64,000 bases of DNA from the human T2T-CHM13v2.0 reference genome, Homo sapiens. The stretch lies in the NCBI RefSeq assembly GCF_009914755.1, contig NC_060936.1; one strand, 5' to 3'. The number at the start of each line of letters is the position of its first letter. Within the stretch, counting starts at the first letter, position 1. The position numbers and the translations under genes were made by a program. The notes under the pieces were generated by a model. That model saw only the letters and a list, made by a program, of their open reading frames with translations, searched no databases and was not told where the DNA came from. Below, piece by piece: positions 14,091-27,485 of this stretch.

Positions 14091-16389
14091 CCCAAAAGAC
14101 AAGTTTTTAAAATGACATAAAACTGCCCACTTGAGCTAATAATTAAATCCTACAGTACTTCATACCTTAATATGAGTTATTAAACATAATTATTTGGTAA
14201 TTCACTATTATTGGACTTCATATACTTATACCAAACATCATCTCCTGTATAAATCGGGAAAGATATAGTATTTACAACCAGTGTCATTCTGGCTATTTAT
14301 AGATATATGTTACATATCATGTTTGAGTATTTATAATTCAGAACATGTCTATAGTATCTTCTAAAATCTAAAATAAGTAGCTTTTCTTAAGTTAAAAAAT
14401 GTATTCTATCAGCCAAAGATTTAAAATGTAGGCCCTCTATCTCTTATAACATTAAAAATATAGTTTTATGATAGTTGAACTTTACATACAGACAAACTTA
14501 TCTTGATGTAATGAACTCACATTTTATTTAACTTCTTGCTCATTTTTAATCCCAAATAAGTTTAGGGAATTCCTATTGATACACCACATTTTCCTGAGTT
14601 ACCTCTTTTAAAGAAATGCCAAACTTAAATATAAGAGTTATAGTAAAAGTTTCCAGAACTTAATCCTTGAAATTGATTCACTTGTTTTTATTGATGTGAG
14701 ATGGACTAAAAACTTTATTGATATTCAGGGTTCCAAGTTTTATTTCCTTGCAGGATTGACTTTATGACCAGAGGAATAGGTGAATTAAGTATATTAACAC
14801 ATAAAGAAAAAAAGTCACCATTTTATGAGAAATTTTGTTTAAGATTTATCTGATCATGAAATAATTAAAATTTAGTAATTTGTTGAAATGCCTAAAGTTC
14901 TACATGTCTTAAAAACCTAAAATTAGGTTATCATGTTTCACTGAAATGTTTCCTCTATTGCAGTGCTTCCTGAAATGTTTTTTTCTCCTTTCTTAACTTA
15001 CATTTAGTGCTCCTTTCCCCACACAGTATGCAACTTGGCCAGTATTTCTTCTTATTTTAAATAGAATAACATGGATATCAAGAGGTTCTTAATTTTCATA
15101 TTTCAGATTGTGCTAATTGATACCAATCCCTTACATTTATATTTTTAATTATAAGTGAGCAATTTTCCAAGTTCAAGTAAAAGCACTTATTCTAAACCTT
15201 GGCTTTATTGTTCTATTTTTATAGTTCTTAAACAACTTACAAGTATCAATATCTTCCACTTTAGGTTATTAAGTGAAATCAAGTAATAAATGTACAAAGT
15301 ATAATTGCTTGATGATGCTCAATATGTTGTAATATTATTATTGCTTCCAGGTGATGAAAATAGTGGAGGTTTGTTTATTTGGGAGTCTAAATAAAGAGTG
15401 AACAGTACCAGGTATCATAAACGTGCAGAATTTCATAGTGTATGGAATGAGGGCAAAATATATATCAATCATATTATTTACATCACTTTTAAACTCAGAC
15501 ACATATAGGAAAGACATTTATGTGAATGATATGTTCAATAAGGAAACGAAATGAATACTAATGTTTTTAACAACATAAGGTTATTTTCTAATATACGAAA
15601 AAACTTGTTAAAGGATATGCCTGAAGATCTCACAGTAGAAAATTTTTTCACAATCAATTTTAATTAGAAAACTTCCCACAATCCAATTGGAAGGAAAGCA
15701 AAAGAAGTGAACTCCTGCAGTGTCATATGTTTGAGAGCAATGAAATCCCTTCAGTCCAAGCATTAATAAGCATTTTCAGACTATAGAATAGTACACTGTT
15801 GGCATACTTTAAGAATGAACTTCTGGTTACACAGGAAGATTGGCATGTGTGTGTTTCTCCATCTTTCTTTGAATCATATCAAACATAAAATATACCTTAT
15901 CTGTATAATCCTGTAAATCAAAAACTTGTAAATCCAGAGGGTTTGCAATTGTTTACGTTAAAAATAACTTTTAAATGTCTCAGAAGTAAATGATTTAAAC
16001 TCTAATTTGGATATAAGAGCTGCTTAACTTTACAGATCTTCCACAGGTGCTGGACAATACAATTTTGAAAGCACATAAAAAAATTAAAGGAATCAAAGAT
16101 GATTAAGGGGTGGAAAAGTAACACTGGTAAGAAGAAATTAAACGAAGAGGGTTATAATGTAAAAAAAAAAGAAAAGAAAAATAGAACTAGTAATTCCTTT
16201 TCACACATAGTTTGTCTAACTTTGTAGAGACTGAGGCAATATGCTGATACCTTGTTAGGAAGGGCTATCTGTATTGGTATGTCCTGAAAAAGTATCACAC
16301 ATTAACCATGGGGTCAGAGAAGACAAATTCAGTGTAAAATTGTTTCAGCAAATTTCCCATACAAGTGCTACACTGTAAACAGCTTTCTT

Positions 16390-16536
16390 TTTATTTTTTT
16401 ATTTTTTTAATTTTTTTGGAGACGGAGTCTCGCTCTATCGCCCAAGCTGGAGTGCAGTGGCGCTATCTCGGCTCACTGCAAGCTCCGCCTCCCGGGTTCA
16501 CGCCATTCTGCCTCAGCCTCCGGAGTAGCTGGGACT
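16390..16536 (-). mobile_element. 5'-truncated AluY (right-arm portion only)
   Basis: AluY-type gcaagctccgcctcccgggttcacgccattc, CpGs intact; TSD ctttctt at 16383-16389 and 16535-16541. Confidence 0.92.
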
Positions 16537-16729
16537 TTCTTAAAGAAAAAAGTTCAATACAGCACCTCATCAACAATGAAATGAAGTTCTATTTCAAGGG
16601 TCTCTTAACAACTCTCTTGATTCCTTCTAACTCATGGGATCATGACCATCAAAAGCGATATTCTTAACACAAAAACATACAATGTTATTCTCTTTTCCCA
16701 CTATCTCCTTCTGAGCACATGGAATAATT

Positions 16730-17087
16730 TGTCTTTTTAAGTTTTTTATTATTATACAATACATATAAAATAAGAAATTTACCATCTTTCCATTTTAAGG
16801 TATACAATCCAGTGGCATTTAATGTCGTAATGATGTTGTCCAATCATCCCCATGATCTGGTTCCAGAAGATCTTTATCACCTCTAAAAGAAACTCATACC
16901 CACAAGCAGCCACTCTCCTTAATGGGTTGTCTCTTTCCCCCACAACCCTTGACAGTTATTAATATGCTTTGTGTCTCTATGGATTTAACTCTTCTGGGTA
17001 TTTTATCCAAGTGGAATGATATAATATGTACCCTTTTGTGTCTGGCATTGTTTACTTAGCGTAATTGTTTCAAGGTTCATGTATTTT
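16730..17087 (-). mobile_element. L1MB 3' end (segment 1 of an interrupted element)
   Basis: aatttaccatct...attttaaggtatacaatccagtggcattt...gtctctatggattt...tttcaaggttcat. Confidence 0.85.
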
Positions 17088-18222
17088 TTTTTTCTTTTTT
17101 TTTTGTGTGTGAGCAACATGGCTGTTTATTTCACCTGGGTGCAGGCCGGCTGAGTCTGAAAAGAGAGTCAGCGAAGGGAGATAAGGGTGGGGCCGTTTTA
17201 TAGGATTTGGGAAGGTAAAGGAAAATTACAGTCAAAGGGGGTTTGTTCTCTGGCAGGCAGGAGTGGGGGGTTGCAAGGTGCTCAGTGGGGGTGATTTTTG
17301 AGCCAGGATGAGCTAGGAAAAGGACTTTCACAAGGTAATGTCATCACTTAAGGCAAGGACCAGCCATTTACACTTCTTTTGTGGTGGAATGTCATCAGTT
17401 AAGGTGGGGCAGGGCATATTCATTTCTTTTGTGATTCTTCAGTTATTTCAGGCCATCTGGGCGTATACGTACAAGTCACAGGGGATGCGATGGCTTGGTT
17501 TGGCTTGGGCTCAGAGGCCTGACATTCCTGCCTTCTTATATTAATAAGAAAAATAAAACAAAATAGTGTTGAAGTGTTGGGGCGGCGAAAATTTTTGGGG
17601 GTGGTATGGAGAGAGAATGGGCGATGTTTCTCAGCGCTGCTTCAAGCGGGATTAGGGGCGGCGTGGGAACCTAGAGTGGGAGAGATTAAGCTGAAGGGAG
17701 GTCTTGTGGTAAGGGGTGATATTGTGGGGATGTTAGAAGAAACATTTGTCGTATAGAATGATTGGTGATGGCCTGGATACGGTTTTGGATGAATTGAGAA
17801 ACTAAGTGGAATAACAGAAGGAGAAAAACAGGTATAAAAGGTCTAAGAATTGGGATGACTCAGGATGTCTGATTAGGGAGTGCCTAAGGAGATTTAGCAT
17901 AGTCCTGCCAGCAAAGATTATTTATTTACTTCAAGAGTTAAGAGTGGCAGTTTGGGGATAGCACCAGGAGATATCAGCTGTGATGGCTTGGAAAAACAGT
18001 GTAAACCGGCAGTGTAAACAAGAGCAGGGCATGTATGAGTAGTTGAGAACGGTGAATAGGAGTATGACTAGACAGAAGATAGTAGGGACGACAAGTTTTT
18101 TGGGGCACAGTGTAAGTTGGTCTGGTGTCTGGAATGAGACTGGGGCCTAATAAAAAGGAGTGTCCATACAGGAGCTCAAATGGGCTGTAACCTGTAGCAT
18201 TCTGAGGACAGGGCTGAATTCT
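17084..18222 (-). mobile_element. Processed (L1-retrotransposed) HERV-H copy: integrase-end/internal fragment, PPT, LTR7 U3-R, poly(A); no U5
   Basis: LTR7 start TGTCAGGCCTCTGAGCCCAAGC at 17524(-); AATAAA at 17130-17125; poly(A) 17104-17084; ORF 17974-18255 contains ATGYSPFELLYGHSFLLGPSLIPDTRPT (HERV-H pol/IN end); TSD atgtatttt at 17079-17087 and 18223-18231. Confidence 0.9.
17105..17524 (-). promoter_or_regulatory. LTR7 U3+R with TATA box, GC/GT box and poly(A) signal
   Basis: TATAAAA at 17202-17196(-) followed by cggccccaccc; two CACAAAAGAA-containing U3 repeat units. Confidence 0.8.
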
Positions 18223-18801
18223 ATGTATTTTATAAGCATGCACCGGGTACTTCATTATTTTTCATAAAAACCATATTCCATTGTTTGTTTATACCACATT
18301 TCGTCTGTTCGTCGATTGATGGACATTTGAGTTGTTTCCACATTTTGACTATCGGGAATAGTGCTGCTATGAATATAAAATATAAAATTTTTGGTTTGAA
18401 CACTTGTGCTCTATTCTTTGGAGTATGTATCTACAAGTGGAAATGCTGGGTCATGTAGTACTTGCATGTTTTACTTCTATGTTTTAATTATTGAAGAACT
18501 GTTTTCCATAGCAGCTGCACCATTTGACATTCCCACCAGAGATATATATGAAAGTTAATATTTCTCCACATTCTTGTCAACACTTATTTTCATTTGTTAA
18601 ATGATTATAGCCGCCCTAGTGTCTCTGAAATGGCGTATCATTTTGGTTTTAATTCTCCCTAATGACTAATGATATTGAGCATTTTTCATGTACTGGTTGG
18701 ACATTTGTTTATGTTCTTTGAAAAAATGTCTACCGACATTTGCCAATGTATTAATTGGGTTGTTTTTATTTTAGTGGTGATTTGCAAATGTTCTTTATAT
18801 A
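18223..18801 (-). mobile_element. L1MB (segment 2)
   Basis: gatggacatttgagttgtttccac...gctgctatgaat...gcagctgcaccattt...aatgactaatgatattgagcat; resumes L1 after the HERV-H insertion. Confidence 0.85.
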
Positions 18802-21490
18802 TAGGAATACCTCAGTTTATTGCACTTTGCCGATATTGCTTTTTTTCTTTCTTTTTCTTTTTCTTTTTTTACAAATGGAAGGTTTGTGGCAACTCTAAGT
18901 CAAGCAAGTCTACCAGAACCATTTTTTTCCAACAACGTGTGCTCACTTTTTGTCTCTATGTCACATTTTGATAATTCACACAATATTTCAAATGCTTTCA
19001 TTGTTATTATACCTCGTTATGGTCATCTGTGATCAGCAATATTTGATGTTACTATTGTAGTCGGGTTTTTTTTTTTTTTTGAGACAGAGTCTCAGTCTGT
19101 CACCCGGGCTGAAGTGCAGTGGCGCGATCTCGGCTCACTGCAACCTCTGCTGCCCAGGATTCAAGCAATTCTCCTGCCTCAGCCTCCTGAGTAGCTGGGA
19201 TTTCAGGCGCCTGCCACCGCGCCTGGCTAATTTTTTTTGTATTTTTTTGTAGAGATGGGCTTTCGCCATCTTAACCAGGTTGTTCTTGAACTCCTGATCT
19301 TGTATTCCACCTGCCTTGGCCTCCCAAAGTGCTGCGATTACAGGTGTGAGCCACTGCGCCCGGCCTTGTAACTGTTTTGAGGTACCACAAACCTCAGCAA
19401 ACTTCATTGATAAATATTGTGTGTGTTCTGACTGCCCCACCACCTGACTGTTCCCCTGTTTCCCTCTTCTTAAGCCCCCTTGTTCCCGAGACAGAGCAAT
19501 ATTATAATTACATGAAGTAATTAATAATCCTACACTGGCCTCTAAGTGTTGAAGTGAAAAGAAGAGTCATGCATCTTTCATTTTAAATCAAAAGCCAGAA
19601 ATGACTTAACTTAGTATGAAAGGCATTTTGGAAGCCAAGCTAGGTCAAAAGCTAGGCCTCTTATGCTGTGAACGCAAAGGAAAGGTTCCTGAAGAAAATT
19701 AAATATGCTACTCCAGTAAACACATAAATTATAAGAAAGTGAAACTATTTTATTACTAATATGGAGAGAGTTTTAGTGGTCTGACTATAAGATCAAACCA
19801 CCCACAACATTCCTTTAAGCCAAAGCCTAATACAGAGTAAGGTCCTAACTCTTAAATTCTATGAAAGCTGAGAGAGCTGTGGAGGCTAAAGAAAAAAAGT
19901 CTGAAGCTAGCAGGGGTTGGTTCATGAGGTTTAATAAAAGAAGTTGTCTCCATAACATTAAAGTACAAGGTGAAGCAACAAGTGTTGATGGAGAAGCCAC
20001 AGCAAATTTTCCAGAAGACTTGGCTAACGTATTTGGTTGCCACACTAGAGGTGGCCACACTAAACAACACACCTCTCTTATAAAGGAAACAGCCTTATAT
20101 TGGAAGAAGATGTAATCTAAGACTTTCATAACTAGAGAGAAGTCTATATCTGGTTTCAAAGTTTCAAAAGGCAGGCTGACTCTCTCGTTAGAGACTAACA
20201 CAGCTGGTGACTTTTAGCTGAAGCCAATGAGCATTTACCATTCCAAAAATCATAGGGCCTTTTAGAATGATGCTTTATAAATGGAAAAATAAAGCCTAGA
20301 TGACAGCACATCTGTTTACAGCATGGTTTATTGAATATTTTAAGCCAACTGTTGAGACCTACTGCTTGGAATAAAATAATCCTCTCAAAATATTATTGCT
20401 CATTGACAATGTACCTGGTCCCTCAAGAGCTCTAATGGAGATGTACAAGGAAATTAATATTGTTTTCATGCCAGCGAACATAACACCCATTCTGCAGCCC
20501 ATGGATTAAGGAGTAATTTTGACTTTCAAGTCTTATTATTTAAAGCATACATCTTGTAAGGCTATTGCTGGGATATATTGCGGTTCTTCTGATGGAACTG
20601 AGCAAAGTAAATTAAAAACTTTCTGGAAAGGATTCACCATTCTAGATGCCATTAAGAGCAATAGTGATTCATGGGAGGTAGTCAAAATATCAAGATTAAC
20701 AGGAATTTAGAAGAAATTGATTCCAACATTCATGGATGATTGAGGGGTTCAAGACTTCTGTGGAGGAAGCCACTGCAGATGTGGTGAAGATAGCAAGAGA
20801 ACTAGCATTGGGAATGAAGTCTAATATTTGATTAAATTCCTGCAATCTCATGATAAAACTTTAACAGATGAGGAGTTGCTTCTTATGGGTAGCACAGAAA
20901 GTGGTTTCTTGAGGTGGAATGTGCTCTGCTTGAAGATGCTGTGATCATTATTGAAATAACAATCAAGGATTTAGAATGTTACATAAACAGAGTTGATAGG
21001 GCAGTGGCAAGTTTTGAAAGGATTAATTCTAATTTTGAAAGAAGTTCTATTGTGGGTAAAATGCTATTAAACACTATTGCATAGTACAGAGAAATTTTTC
21101 TTGAAAAGAAAAGTTAATCAATCTGGCAAGCTTCACTGTTGTCTTATTTTAAGAAATTACCAGTCACCCCAATCTTCAGCAACCACCACCCTGATTAGCC
21201 AGTAGCCAGCCATCAATGCCAAAGCAAGACCCACCACCAAAAGCAAAAAGATTACAACTTGCTGAAGGTTCAGATTATTGTTAGCGTATTTTAACAAAAA
21301 ATTATCTTTACATTAAGGCATGTACTTTTTTAGACATAATGTTTTTGCATATTAATAGACCACTGAATAGTGTGAACATAACTTTTATATGCACTGGGAA
21401 ACCAAAAATTCATGTGACTCTGTTTATTGAACTATTTGCTTTATTGCAGTGGTTGGAAACCAAATCCACAATATCTGTGAGATAGGTCTG
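18802..21490 (+). mobile_element. Essentially full-length Tigger1 DNA transposon (TcMar), decayed transposase, TA target duplication
   Basis: Degenerate TIRs taggaatacctc / gagataggtctg flanked by TA; ORF pieces EASRGWFMRF...HNIKVQGEA...ETALYWKKM and TFKSYYL...[18 protein letters not shown] match Tigger1/TIGD1-type transposase. Confidence 0.93.
19066..19365 (-). mobile_element. Alu (AluS) inserted in Tigger1
   Basis: poly-T plus full antisense Alu ending gcccggcc; degenerate TSD ttgta...gtttt. Confidence 0.96.
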
Positions 21491-23255
21491 TATTCTGGAC
21501 ACCAGAACCTGACCAAATTTATGATTTGCAATTATTTTCTACCAATATGTGGTTTATCTTTTAAGACTCTTGATTGTGTCCTTTGATAGATAAACATTTT
21601 TAATTTTGATGAAGTCTAATGTATCTATTTTCTTTTGTCGCTTGTGTTTTTGGTATCATATCTAAGAAACGATTATGAAATCCATGGTTATACAGATTTA
21701 CCACAGTTTTCTTCTAAGAGTTTTATAGTTTTAGCTCTTATCTTTGGGTCTTTGATCCATTTTTAGTTACTTTTTACATATGATGTGAGATAAAAAAGTA
21801 CAACGCATTGTTTTGCACATTGCAATCCAATTGTCCCAGCACCATTATTGAAAAGATTGCCCTTTCCCTTTTGCAAAGTCTCGTCATCCTTGTCAAAAAT
21901 TAATTGGTCATAGATATTTGGTTTATTTCTGTACTTTTAAGTCTATTTCATATGTCCACCCTTATGCCAGTACCACATTGGCATTGATTACTGTAGTTTT
22001 GTAGTTACTTTTGAGATCAGGAAGTGTGAATTTTCCAGTGTTTTAAAAAATATTGTTTGACTCTTCAGTGTTCCTTGCAATCTTACATAAATTTTAGGAT
22101 CAGCTTTCCATTTCTACATAAAAGACGATTGGCTTTTGATAGAGATTTCACTGCTTCAATAAATTGCTTTGAGAAGTGTTGCTATTTAAGTAACATTAAG
22201 TCTGCCGATTCATGAACGTGGAATGTCTTGCCATTTATTTAAGTATTTTTAAATTCCTCTCAACAATTTTAAGAAATTTTCAGTGTACAAGTGTTATACC
22301 TCATTTGTTACATTTATTCCTAAATATTTTATTCTTTTGATGCTATTATGAATAAAAGTGTTTTCTACATTTTGGAGGATTGTTCATTGATAGTATACAG
22401 AAATAAAACTGACATTTCGTTTTAATGTTGTATCCTGAAAATTTTTCTGAATTTATTTCTCTAACAGTTGCATCTTATGGATTCTTTAGAATTTTACATG
22501 TTTAAGATCATGTCATTTAACAATAGAGATAGTTTTACCTTTTCTTTTCCAATTTAGATGTCTCATATTTCCTTTTCTTGCCTAAATACTTGGACTATAA
22601 CTTACAGTACAATATTGAATAAAAGTACAAAATGAAATTTTTCTCTTTTTCCTGATCTTAATGAGAAAAGTTTTATTCTTTCTGCATTGAGAATCATGTT
22701 AGATGTGAGTTTCTCATAAATGCCTTTTATCTTGTTGGGGTATTTCCTTTTTATTCCTAGTGTGTTGACTGTTACTATAAAATGGTGTTAGATTTTGTGA
22801 AACGCTTTTCCTTCACCAATTGAGATAATCATATAAGCTGACTTTTTGTTGTTGTTTTTCTTTTCTTTTTTAACCTTTGTTCATTAGTGTAGTATATTAT
22901 ACAGATTTGTCTATGTTGAGCCATTCTTACATTCCTGGTACAAATCCCACTTGTTGGTGGTCTATTTCTCACTTGGTCATGGTGTATAATCTTTTTAATA
23001 TTTTGCTAGATTCACTTTGGTAGCATATTGTTCAGGATTTTTTTCATCTATAGAAGTAAGGGATATTGGTCTGTGTTCTTGTGGTAGTTTTGGCTTTTTA
23101 TCAGCCTGGGCACATGGAATGAATTAGAAGGCATTCCCTCCTCTTTTAATTTCTGGAAGAGTTCAAGAAGAATTGAAGTTAATTTTTCCCCAAAATTTTG
23201 GTAGAATTAACCAGTAAAGTGATCTACTCTTGCACTTTTCCTTATTGGGAGGCTT
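21491..23255 (-). mobile_element. L1MB (segment 3, ORF2 region)
   Basis: Continues ttctttatata|ttctggac across the Tigger; ccagtaccacattg...gattactgtag; gatcatgtcat...aatagagatagtttt. Confidence 0.85.
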
Positions 23256-23259
23256 TGTA

Positions 23260-24540
23260 GGGATATTTTACATTGTTTTAATTTGCAATTTCCAAAACAT
23301 AAATGATTTGAGCACTTTTAAATGTACTAAACATATTCTTTTGTGACATGTCTGTTGAAATCTGTTCCTCATTTTTTAAATTGCTTAACTATATTTTTAT
23401 TATTGGGTTTTAGGATTTGTTCATATCTCTTGGGTACCAATGTGGCTTGCCTATTTAATTTCTTAAGTATCTTTTGAAGAGATTTTTAATATTGGTAGAC
23501 TGATTTGTCAATATTTTCCTTTAATAGTTATTATTTTATGTGTTCTGCACAGTTAAGAACTCTTTAAATGCTCTAGATTTCAGTATTTTATTAGAAATGT
23601 GCAGTATAAATGATTTATCTCAGTTTGTGATGTGCCTTTTCAATCTTTTAATAATGTTTTCTGATGATCTGAAGTTCTTAATTTAACAAAGTTCATTATG
23701 TCAATTTTCCATCAATACTTAGTTATTTCCATTTAAGAAATGTTTGCCTATCTGTACCATGCGAAGATATTTTTCTATATGTTACACCAGAAGATTTACT
23801 GTTTAACTTTCACGTTTAGGTCTATGTTCCAATTCCAATTATCCAATTAGATACATACATCCAATTGGTTTAGTATTATATATTAAACATAAATCCTTTT
23901 TCCCACTGAATTGTAGATGTGCATTTGTTATAAATCAGATGACTGTACACTTATGTGGGAGTATTTGTGGACTCCGCATTCAATTCCATTGGACTATTCA
24001 CATATTCTTTTACCAGTAACACTGTTATGATTATTGAAGCTCTATAATAAATCCTTATACTCAGTAGTATAAGCTTTTCAATACAGGTAAATTTCTTCAA
24101 GAAGTTTTATGGCTACTATAAGACCTTTAGAGCTCCATATACATTTTTAATCAGCTTGTCAACTTACATTAAAATTGGTATTTAATTGTGCTGTAAATCA
24201 GCATAAGGGAAATTTATATTTATTCCTCTAATATAAAAATATGATATTTTTTCCATTTGCTTAATTTTTCCTCAGCAACGTTTATAATATTTAATATAGA
24301 TGTCATAACCATATTTTGTTAGGCTTAATATTTAATGTTCTTTGATGTTATTTTAAATGGTATTTTAAATGTTATTTATAATTATCTGTTTCTAATATAT
24401 AGAGAAGTTATTTATTTTTGCATATTGATCATTTATCCAAAAATTGGTTGTTTGTTTATTAAATTTAAGACCATTTATCCTTTTTAAAAATTTTTTGCAT
24501 ATAGAAAAATGTAATTTGCAAATAATGACATGTTGATTTA
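23260..24540 (-). mobile_element. Additional ancient L1M fragments
   Basis: T-rich L1 ORF2-like antisense phrases (ttttaatttgcaatttc, tttaggtctatgttcc, aatcagcttgtcaa). Confidence 0.6.
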
Positions 24541-24589
24541 TTCATTATTTACAAACACACAGACATACATACAAATTCCTATGTGAATT

Positions 24590-24950
24590 TAATTAGATGG
24601 GAATTCTATTTTCCAGAATTTCTTTCTATGTATGATGTAAATAGAGAGTTGGTTCAGTGTTACTTGTGTAATATATGAAAGATAGAAGTAAAGTTGCAGC
24701 TATTGGTCACAGAAGGTCCTCATACTCAGATGTGATATCTGACAGAAACTGACAAATGTGTAACATAAAGAAGAACTTGGCAATTTCTAGCTTTTCCTCA
24801 TATCTCTCCATTCTATACCCAGTTTTTCTTCCTAATAATGCCCTCAGACCCATAACCAGACCCTTGGCTGCAGACCCACAGACACAGAACCACTTTCTAT
24901 AAATCTCTCCATAAGTTTCATGTATTAGCTCCTTACTAAATATTAAGCTT
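24590..24950. mobile_element. Possible old ERVL LTR remnant
   Basis: aattctattttccagaatttctttctatgtatg...gatagaagtaaagttgcagc resembles LTR33/40/41-like sequence. Confidence 0.3.
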
Positions 24951-25631
24951 ACAATTATAAAGGACAGATAACTTAAACCTCTAACTATTTTTTAAAAAGC
25001 AAAGAAGCAACAAAATGTATTCTCAGGCATTCCGAAGAAAAAATTTTTAATATGCAGAAAGAATATAAAATAGGTTTATATTTTATGATGGGTTGCCTGG
25101 AAAACATAAGGGCGAAACTTGAGGAAGTATATAAAGAAATAGTTGTTTCAGATAAATTTGAAGGAAAAAAACGCTATAATTAAATCATAAATTATTTTAT
25201 ATTTAAAAATGAAATGTTCTTCAACTTCTACAGACATTAACAATATAGACTGTTTATTTTAATTTTAGCGCTATTAAGTGTGTAGTTTGCAAATACATAA
25301 ATTGCTACAAAATATTTTAAAGTACCATATAATAGTTAAAATCTTACACATTAAATTTGTGATTAAAATGCACCTCATTGTATTAATGATATTTAATTTC
25401 CAGTTCAATTTTTTATGTTTTAAAACTGTTCAATTTATGTAAAAATATAAACACATAAATTGTTCAGCTAAGAAACCCATATGTAAGCAGAGAAATGTAG
25501 ACATTTTGAAAATAATAAAACCATTGTAAGCAATACTCATTGAATAGATGATATGAAGTTCTTATGGTTTCATCACGAATGTTTACATTAGACATGCCAA
25601 GACATTTGGCATAATTTTGATAAAATGCTTA

Positions 25632-25895
<264 letters not shown>

Positions 25896-26434
25896 TCAAT
25901 TGTACGCACCTAAATTTTTAAGAAAGTAATTCTTTGACCAATAAATACCTAACCTATAGTCTTAGGAATAGGCAGCAAAACAAAGTTAATTTCCCAAATT
26001 TTAGACCAATTCAAACTCACTTGAACCACCATTTTTACTAGCTCTTTGCAACTTGTGCTCTGAATTTTCTTTCAATTCAGTCCATTTTCATTCTCATTGA
26101 CCTTCTCCTAATTAACCTTTTTCTAATCAGTTCCAAAATCCTCTGGTCTGTTAGATATGCCCAGAATCAGCTTGCCCTCTCATCACCCCAAAACCAGAAT
26201 GTTAAATTCTTACTATTTAAGCTAAAACCACCGCAGATTTTTCTTCCCTTGGGAACAGCTTTTCTGATCAATGAATTGAAATAGCTGCCTTTGCCTAGTT
26301 ATACCTCATATTTTTTAAGGCTTTACTGGCATAGCCTGAAACTATTCCTGGCTACTGCATTCTGGATTTTGCCTGGCATCAACAGTTTACTCTGACACTA
26401 TCAATGTAGATGATACAGAAGTAAACTAGGTAAA

Positions 26435-26620
26435 GCAATAGACATAGCATCAGTAGAAGCAAGTTACACTCCTATACCATTAATTGCTCTGTAATGTTTA
26501 TTGTGACCTTTAAACAATCTGACTGTTAATTTCATCCTCTGTAAAGTGGGACCAATGGAAATGAGATCAGAAGGCTATGAGAATAAGATGATATGGGTAC
26601 AAATATTCTGTAACATACAA
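26435..26620 (+). mobile_element. MIR fragment
   Basis: tgtgaccttt...aatttcatcctctgtaaagtggg. Confidence 0.45.
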
Positions 26621-27485
26621 AGTATTCCAATCATAAAATATGCAAATTTTGAAAGTATTTTTGTAATATTCTGACATATTGCACTGATGTTTTTCTCCTG
26701 TAGAAGTAGTATTACATATGATGGTTAAAATAGTTAATATGAATTATTATTATTAAGCTTTAGGTGTATAATGGATTGTATAGGCCTTTGTGAGTCCTGT
26801 AGAAGAGCATTATGACAATCCCTCTCTCTCTCTCTCTACCTCTACCCCTATATATGTGTGTGTGTCTGTATATATACATATATACATATTTAGTAAGCAA
26901 CCATCTTACAAATAAACTTTTCATTATAATTTATTAATTTGTTTATTATAAGTAAAGGTAGCTTTTTTTTCTTTATATAAAATTATGCTCTAAGAAGCTT
27001 ATGAAAACAGGGTAAATGGTGAGATACAAGTATTCTACCTTATTGTTAAAAATTGTGTGCTAGAACAATAGTACAAATGGCAAGAGCCCTTTTTTCTTAT
27101 TGTGTTCCATGAATTTGATCACAAATAAACAACCTCTTCAAAGTGCTATCTTGAACCTGTACCTGATTGTCAGAGCTGAATATTTTTGGCCTATGCAAAC
27201 ACCATCATATCTCCTTTCCATAGGCAACCTAAACTTCACAACTCCCACACTGAACTGACATTCTTTTTAAAATGTAATTTTTCTGTATTTGGACCTTAGT
27301 TAACAACTAATTTAAAATTTTCAATTAAGTCAGAAATCTGCTATCCTCCTATATTTCTCCTTTATCACCTCTGCCCTCAGACCTGAAGAAGTCTTAATTT
27401 TATCTGTTAAATATCTCCCCAGTGTGTTCCATCTTATCCATTTACTATCACTGACTTCATTCGCGTTCACATACATGCTGAGGCT

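Noticed and set aside
17974-18255. 93-aa ORF as a functional integrase
   Set aside because: Short HERV-H pol remnant whose listed start lies in flanking L1 sequence; catalytic core absent owing to 5' truncation
19845-20710. Transposase-like ORFs as a domesticated TIGD gene
   Set aside because: Fragmented by stops and frameshifts inside a TIR-bounded Tigger1 copy
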